Shown: positions 60,014 to 64,000 of the stretch, piece by piece
Numbering within the stretch: the stretch's first letter is position 1
Layout: every line of letters starts with the position of its first letter
NCBI GenBank assembly: GCA_016209105.1
Contig: JACQWR010000025.1
Span: 41,314 to 105,313 of the forward strand
Source of the DNA: Deltaproteobacteria bacterium
Lineage (GTDB): Bacteria > Desulfobacterota > Syntrophia > Syntrophales > JACQWR01
Reading direction: 5' to 3'
DNA: 64,000 bases
Program-made: the position numbers and the translations under genes
The notes under the pieces: model-generated
The model's input: the letters and a program-made list of their open reading frames with translations, nothing else
Told to the model about the DNA's origin: nothing
Databases searched by the model: none

Positions 60014-61087
60014 TTGAATATCGTATGTCCCGCTTGCCGCAAGTCGTTCAACATCCCCGAGGAGCGGCTTCCCAAGGGAGAGACCGTTCTCTTTCCTTGT
60101 CCCGCCTGCAAGGGCACAATCGGGGTTGATCTTCGATCAAGGCCTGGAACAGAGCCGCCCCTCCCGTCTCAAAAAGCGGCAAAGGGGGAAGCGGGGGCCG
60201 ACATTCGGGCTGCACTTGAAGCAGAGGGGTTGCCCAGTGGCGAGGAGTTGAAGAAAAAGATCCTCCGGACGGTCAAGGATCTTCCTCCGATGCCCCAGAC
60301 AACGTTCAAGGCCCATGAGCTTGTCAAGGACCCGAACACGAATTTTGAAGATCTGGCACGGGTGCTGGAAACAGACCAGGCCATTGCTACCCGTGTCCTC
60401 AGGATGGCAAATTCCCCTTACTACGGCATGAGCGGCACCGTCTCCTCCCTCAAGCACGCCTCGGCGGTATTGGGCGTGAAAACCCTTGAAGAGCTCATTG
60501 TCATGGCAGGGAGCTCGAAGACCTTGAGCAACCGGATGGAAGGGTATGGGCTGGAGCCGGGGGATCTCTGGCAGCATTCCCTGGGGGTGGCCTTTGGCTC
60601 CAAGATCATCGCCACCAGGAAAAATCCCAGCATAGCGAACGATGCCTTTTCCGCCGGCCTGATCCACGATGTGGGAAAGCTCGTTTTGGATCCCTATGTC
60701 CTGGAAAGGAAGCAGGCCTTTCTGACCTTCCTGTCGGGTGGAACGGAAACCTTTCTCAACGCTGAACGGCATGTCCTGGGGTTTGATCACGGAGAGATCG
60801 CCTACGAGCTTTGCACGACCTGGCATGTACCCCACACCCTTGCCACCGCCATCCGATACCACCATGATCCTTCGGCGTCAGACGGCAATCAACTCACCTG
60901 TATTGTGCACATTGCCGACGTCATTGCGATGATGAGCGGCATGGGTACCGGCATTGACGGCATGCAATATCACATGGACGAAGCGGTCGCGTCCAAACTG
61001 AGGATCGAGCCCGATGAGCTGAGCACAATCATGCTGGAGATGGTAGAGGCCGTTCAAACGATTTCCTCAGATATGCTCCGGACCTAA
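60014..61087 (+). CDS. Zinc-ribbon (MJ0042-type) + HDOD domain signalling protein
   Basis: The N-terminus is CPACRKSFNIPEERLPKGETVLFPCPACKG. The HDOD region is LPPMPQTTFKAHELV...DQAIATRVLRMANSPYYG...GLIHDVGKL. Confidence 0.8.
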   Translation: MNIVCPACRKSFNIPEERLPKGETVLFPCPACKGTIGVDLRSRPGTEPPLPSQKAAKGEAGADIRAALEAEGLPSGEELKKKILRTVKDLPPMPQTTFKAHELVKDPNTNFEDLARVLETDQAIATRVLRMANSPYYGMSGTVSSLKHASAVLGVKTLEELIVMAGSSKTLSNRMEGYGLEPGDLWQHSLGVAFGSKIIATRKNPSIANDAFSAGLIHDVGKLVLDPYVLERKQAFLTFLSGGTETFLNAERHVLGFDHGEIAYELCTTWHVPHTLATAIRYHHDPSASDGNQLTCIVHIADVIAMMSGMGTGIDGMQYHMDEAVASKLRIEPDELSTIMLEMVEAVQTISSDMLRT

Positions 61088-61210
61088 GGGGCTCTTTGCC
61101 GTCAGGAACATTGGCAATGCCCGCCAGAGAACTGATTTCCGTTTCAGATATAGTTACCGTAAAAACCGGCCCACGCCGCAGAGGATGGGCTTAAAAAAGG
61201 AGGGAAAACC

Positions 61211-62218
61211 ATGAAGCGATACGCTATAGCAATTTCTGTTGTTTTGTTTCTTGTTTCTCTGCTCTTTCATCCCCGCCAACTAATCGCAGCGCCATACTAT
61301 GAAGGCAAGGTGATCAACATTATCGTCGGGTATGGTCCCGGCGGCGGCTACGACCGCATTGCACGCCTGGTTGCAAAACACCTTCCCAAGCATATTCCCG
61401 GCAAACCGACCATCCTTGTCCAGAACATGCCCGGCGCGGATAGCATGATTGCCGCCAATTACCTCTACAATATCGCCAAACCGGACGGACTCACCATCGG
61501 CGCGTTCAATAGAGGCCTTGTTTTTGCCCAGTTGCTGAAGGCGGATGGGTGCAAGTTCGATCTGCGGAAGTACGCCTGGATAGGGTCGGCGGCGATAGAG
61601 AGCACCGTCCTGGTGCTGCGCACCGATCTTCCCTACAAGACCATAGAAGATGTTGCCAAGTCAAAAACAACAATTGTTCTCGGCAACACCGGCCCTGCCG
61701 ACAGCAGCGGCCAATTCCCGCTCTTTATGAAAGAATTTCTCGGCTACAATTTTAAATTCGTTACCTATCCTTCCGGCGCCGATATCATGCTGGCCATCGA
61801 ACGGAAAGAGGTGGACGGACGGGGGGTGACGTACAGCTCGGTAAAACCGTTTATAGATAGGGGGATCGTGCAGCCGCTCGTCCGCGGTCGGGTGGTTGAG
61901 GCGGGGATAGAGAAACTCCCGATGGATGAAGAGCTCGCGAAGGGAGTCCGGGAGAAGACGTTGATGGCCATGCGTTCCGCGCCGGACAAGGTCGGCAGGC
62001 CCTATGTTGCTCCGCCCAAAACGCCGGATGCGACCATGCGCATTCTATGGGACGCCTTCGCCAAAGTGGCAAAGGACCCGGCGCTTCAGGAAGATGCGAA
62101 AAAAAATAAACTGGCGGTGGACTATGTGCCGGCCAAAGAGGTGCAGAAGGTATTGCAGTACATCTTCAATCAGCCGCCGGAAATCGTCAGCGAATTTGGA
62201 AAGTATATAAAGTTTTAG
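61211..62218 (+). CDS. Tripartite tricarboxylate transporter substrate-binding protein (TctC/Bug family)
   Basis: Signal peptide. GPGGGYDRIARLVAKHLPKHIPGKPTILVQNMPGA is typical of the Bug family. No tctA or tctB gene is adjacent. Confidence 0.8.
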   Translation: MKRYAIAISVVLFLVSLLFHPRQLIAAPYYEGKVINIIVGYGPGGGYDRIARLVAKHLPKHIPGKPTILVQNMPGADSMIAANYLYNIAKPDGLTIGAFNRGLVFAQLLKADGCKFDLRKYAWIGSAAIESTVLVLRTDLPYKTIEDVAKSKTTIVLGNTGPADSSGQFPLFMKEFLGYNFKFVTYPSGADIMLAIERKEVDGRGVTYSSVKPFIDRGIVQPLVRGRVVEAGIEKLPMDEELAKGVREKTLMAMRSAPDKVGRPYVAPPKTPDATMRILWDAFAKVAKDPALQEDAKKNKLAVDYVPAKEVQKVLQYIFNQPPEIVSEFGKYIKF

Positions 62219-62222
62219 GCGT

Positions 62223-62312
62223 GCCGCGGGGAAGCGCGCGAATACTGAACGGTATTGCTCCTCAAGGAGCAAAGATTCTCCGCAGCTTGCTGCGGAGAGC
62301 TTCAAAGCGATT
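62223..62312 (+). repeat. Intergenic repeat, family B, copy B5
   Basis: ccgcggggaagcgcgcgaatactgaacggtattgctcctcaaggagcaaagattctccgcagcttgctgcggagagcttcaaagcg. Confidence 0.5.
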
Positions 62313-62643
62313 AGCCGTTTCCGGCGAGTTCCAACTTTTGAAAATTGCGCAGTGCTTTCTGTACTTCACAGAACATCAATCTCGACGAGGATGCAAGATT
62401 TCAATCCATAATAAACACTATTCACGCCCGACGGAGAAAATCACCATCGGTCCGCTTTTGTCTCTTTAACCACACAGTGAATTTGCCAGTGAGGGAATAA
62501 CGGTAACAGATGACTAAACGTGCCACTAAACCTCACGGTTGAGTCCTCCGCCGGTATTTGTGGTTTGGCAAAACTTCCTATACCAAATCAGGCTTCAACG
62601 TCACTTCCCCTAAAATGCTCATTTGAACGAGAGTGATAAATAA

Positions 62644-64000
62644 TATGTGGTTTTCAAAATCAATAGAAGATGTTCTTCGTGAACTTAACGTTGATCCGGC
62701 AACTGGCCTTAAGGAACAAGAAGCCAAAGCCAGATTGGAAAAATACGGCAGCAACAACCTGAAAGGGCAAAAGAAAAAGAACATTTTGCAGATGTTCGCT
62801 GCCCAGCTAAAAGACTGGCTGATATACGTTTTGTTTGCCGCGGTCATCATCGCCCTGTTCTTGGGTGAGTATATTGACGCCATCATTATTGTAAGCGTAA
62901 TCATCCTGAATGCCATTCTGGGCGTGATCCAGGAAGTTAAAGCAGGCAATGCCATTGAAGCGCTTCAGAAAATGTCGTCGCCAAAGGCACTTGTTCGGAG
63001 GGACGGAGAGGTCAGGGAAATTGATTCGGAACGAGTGGTGCCGGGCGATATCCTGATCCTTGATGCCGGAAGGTTTATTTCTGCTGATGTTCGTTTAATT
63101 GAAACGGCCAATCTTCAGGTGGAGGAATCGGCGCTGACCGGCGAATCTGTTCCATCGGAAAAAGACGCTATGCTCATTCATGATCCGAAAACCCCGCTGG
63201 GCGATCGTGAAAACTTGGCGTTCATGACATCTATTGTAACCTACGGCCGTGGTGTTGGTGTTGCAATTGGAACCGGGATTAATACCGAAGTTGGAAAAAT
63301 TGCCAACATCATTGAAGGGGAAGAAGAGAGTAAGACCCCACTGGAAATTCGGCTGAATAACCTCGGCAAAACGCTTGGTAAAATGGCCATCGGGATCTGC
63401 CTCTTTATTTTTGCCGTCTCATTGTTTCAGGGCCGTAACCTTGCCGAAATGTTCCTGGTGTCTGTTTCCCTTGCTGTGGCAGCTATTCCCGAAGGATTGG
63501 CGGCCATCGTGGCGGTGGTTCTTTCCATCGGCGTGACCAGCATGTCGAAACGAAACGCGATTATCCGTCGCTTGCCGGCCGTTGAAACGCTCGGGTCGGT
63601 CAATGTCATTTGTTCGGATAAAACGGGTACACTCACGCAAAATAAAATGACCGTGGTGAAGTATTTCACTATAAAAGGTGAATTCGCCGTTGAACGAGAT
63701 AAGAAAAATACCCCGACGGAAGATGCTCAATTGTTGGCCAAAACCATGATCCTTTGCTCCGATGCAACCTGGGAAAACGGTCAGGGAACGGGCGATCCCA
63801 CTGAAATTTCCTTGTTGTTGCTGGGCGATGATTTGGGTATCGACCGAAAGGCATTGGGTACCGGAAATAAACGTGTGGCTGAATTCGCTTTTGATTCCGA
63901 CCGTAAACTCATGTCGACGCTCACCGAAGAAAACGGAAAGTTCACGGTTAATACAAAAGGAGCCATTGATAACCTTTTAAAAATAGCTACGCATGTTTTG
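62644..64000 (+). CDS. P-type (type IIA, Ca2+-ATPase-like) cation-transporting ATPase, N-terminal 452 codons; continues beyond window; absent from ORF track
   Basis: My manual translation from ATG 62644 stays open to position 64000. It contains EESALTGESVP, AAIPEGLAAIV, the phosphorylation motif CSDKTGTLTQNKM, and GDPTE. Confidence 0.88.

Noticed and set aside
62320-62643. The ATPase leader considered as an M-box (Mg2+) or yybP-ykoY (Mn2+) riboswitch.
   Set aside because: I could not find the conserved cores I remember for either class, for example GGGGAGUAG for yybP-ykoY or the M-box GGUGAGG...GACAGG blocks in the proper arrangement. Only generic helices are visible, so it is kept as an unclassified candidate leader.

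Overview
The window is 64 kb of chromosomal DNA from a GC-rich, sigma-54-rich anaerobe. The gene content includes a bamA-type ring hydrolase with had, an archaeal-type split glutamate synthase and many NtrC/NifA-type activators. By inference only, this fits a Syntrophus/Syntrophales-like deltaproteobacterium. Most of the window is housekeeping. The largest block (3.2-21.8 kb, plus strand) is a co-directional run of glutamine-centred genes. In order these are a NifA-like activator, a TGT-N10-ACA enhancer with a sigma-54 promoter, a split GOGAT interrupted by amt and a divergent PII, glnA, carA-guaA, carB and purF. A second amt-glnK pair and a porin-like gene sit on the minus strand, each behind an almost identical sigma-54 promoter. 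Other core genes are mnmG (partial), an OmpA-family protein, mscL, dapF, dapL, ychF, gap, def, ndk, three tandem hsp20 genes with dnaJ, had-oah of anaerobic benzoyl-CoA degradation, a YtpB-like terpenoid synthase, and a TctC-type binding protein. A P-type ATPase runs off the 3' end and is missing from the ORF track. The accessory or unusual content falls into five groups. (1) A 5.6-kb integrase-less island (50.4-55.8 kb) carries an XRE/ImmA pair and a Type III-like module. That module is a frameshifted methyltransferase with a PKD-like tail, a nuclease-less Res-like helicase, and a separate small PD-(D/E)xK protein. (2) A decayed patch at 22.2-24.1 kb holds an IS91-like transposase fragment, a sulfatase fragment and a DUF4143 ATPase. 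(3) Three families of structured intergenic repeats are present. One always abuts stop codons in the same orientation as the upstream gene. Another shows compensatory stem changes and is nested inside a copy of the first. (4) A sigma-54 two-component system lies beside two small secreted proteins that share a TGGTATGGATA-N-TGC promoter. (5) Several odd domain arrangements occur: a desulforedoxin-like domain with a histone-H1-like tail, a CheD-like protein lacking the catalytic Cys, and MscL with a zinc ribbon. I recognised no rRNA, tRNA or CRISPR array. All similarity statements come from reading motifs by eye, and no database search was run.
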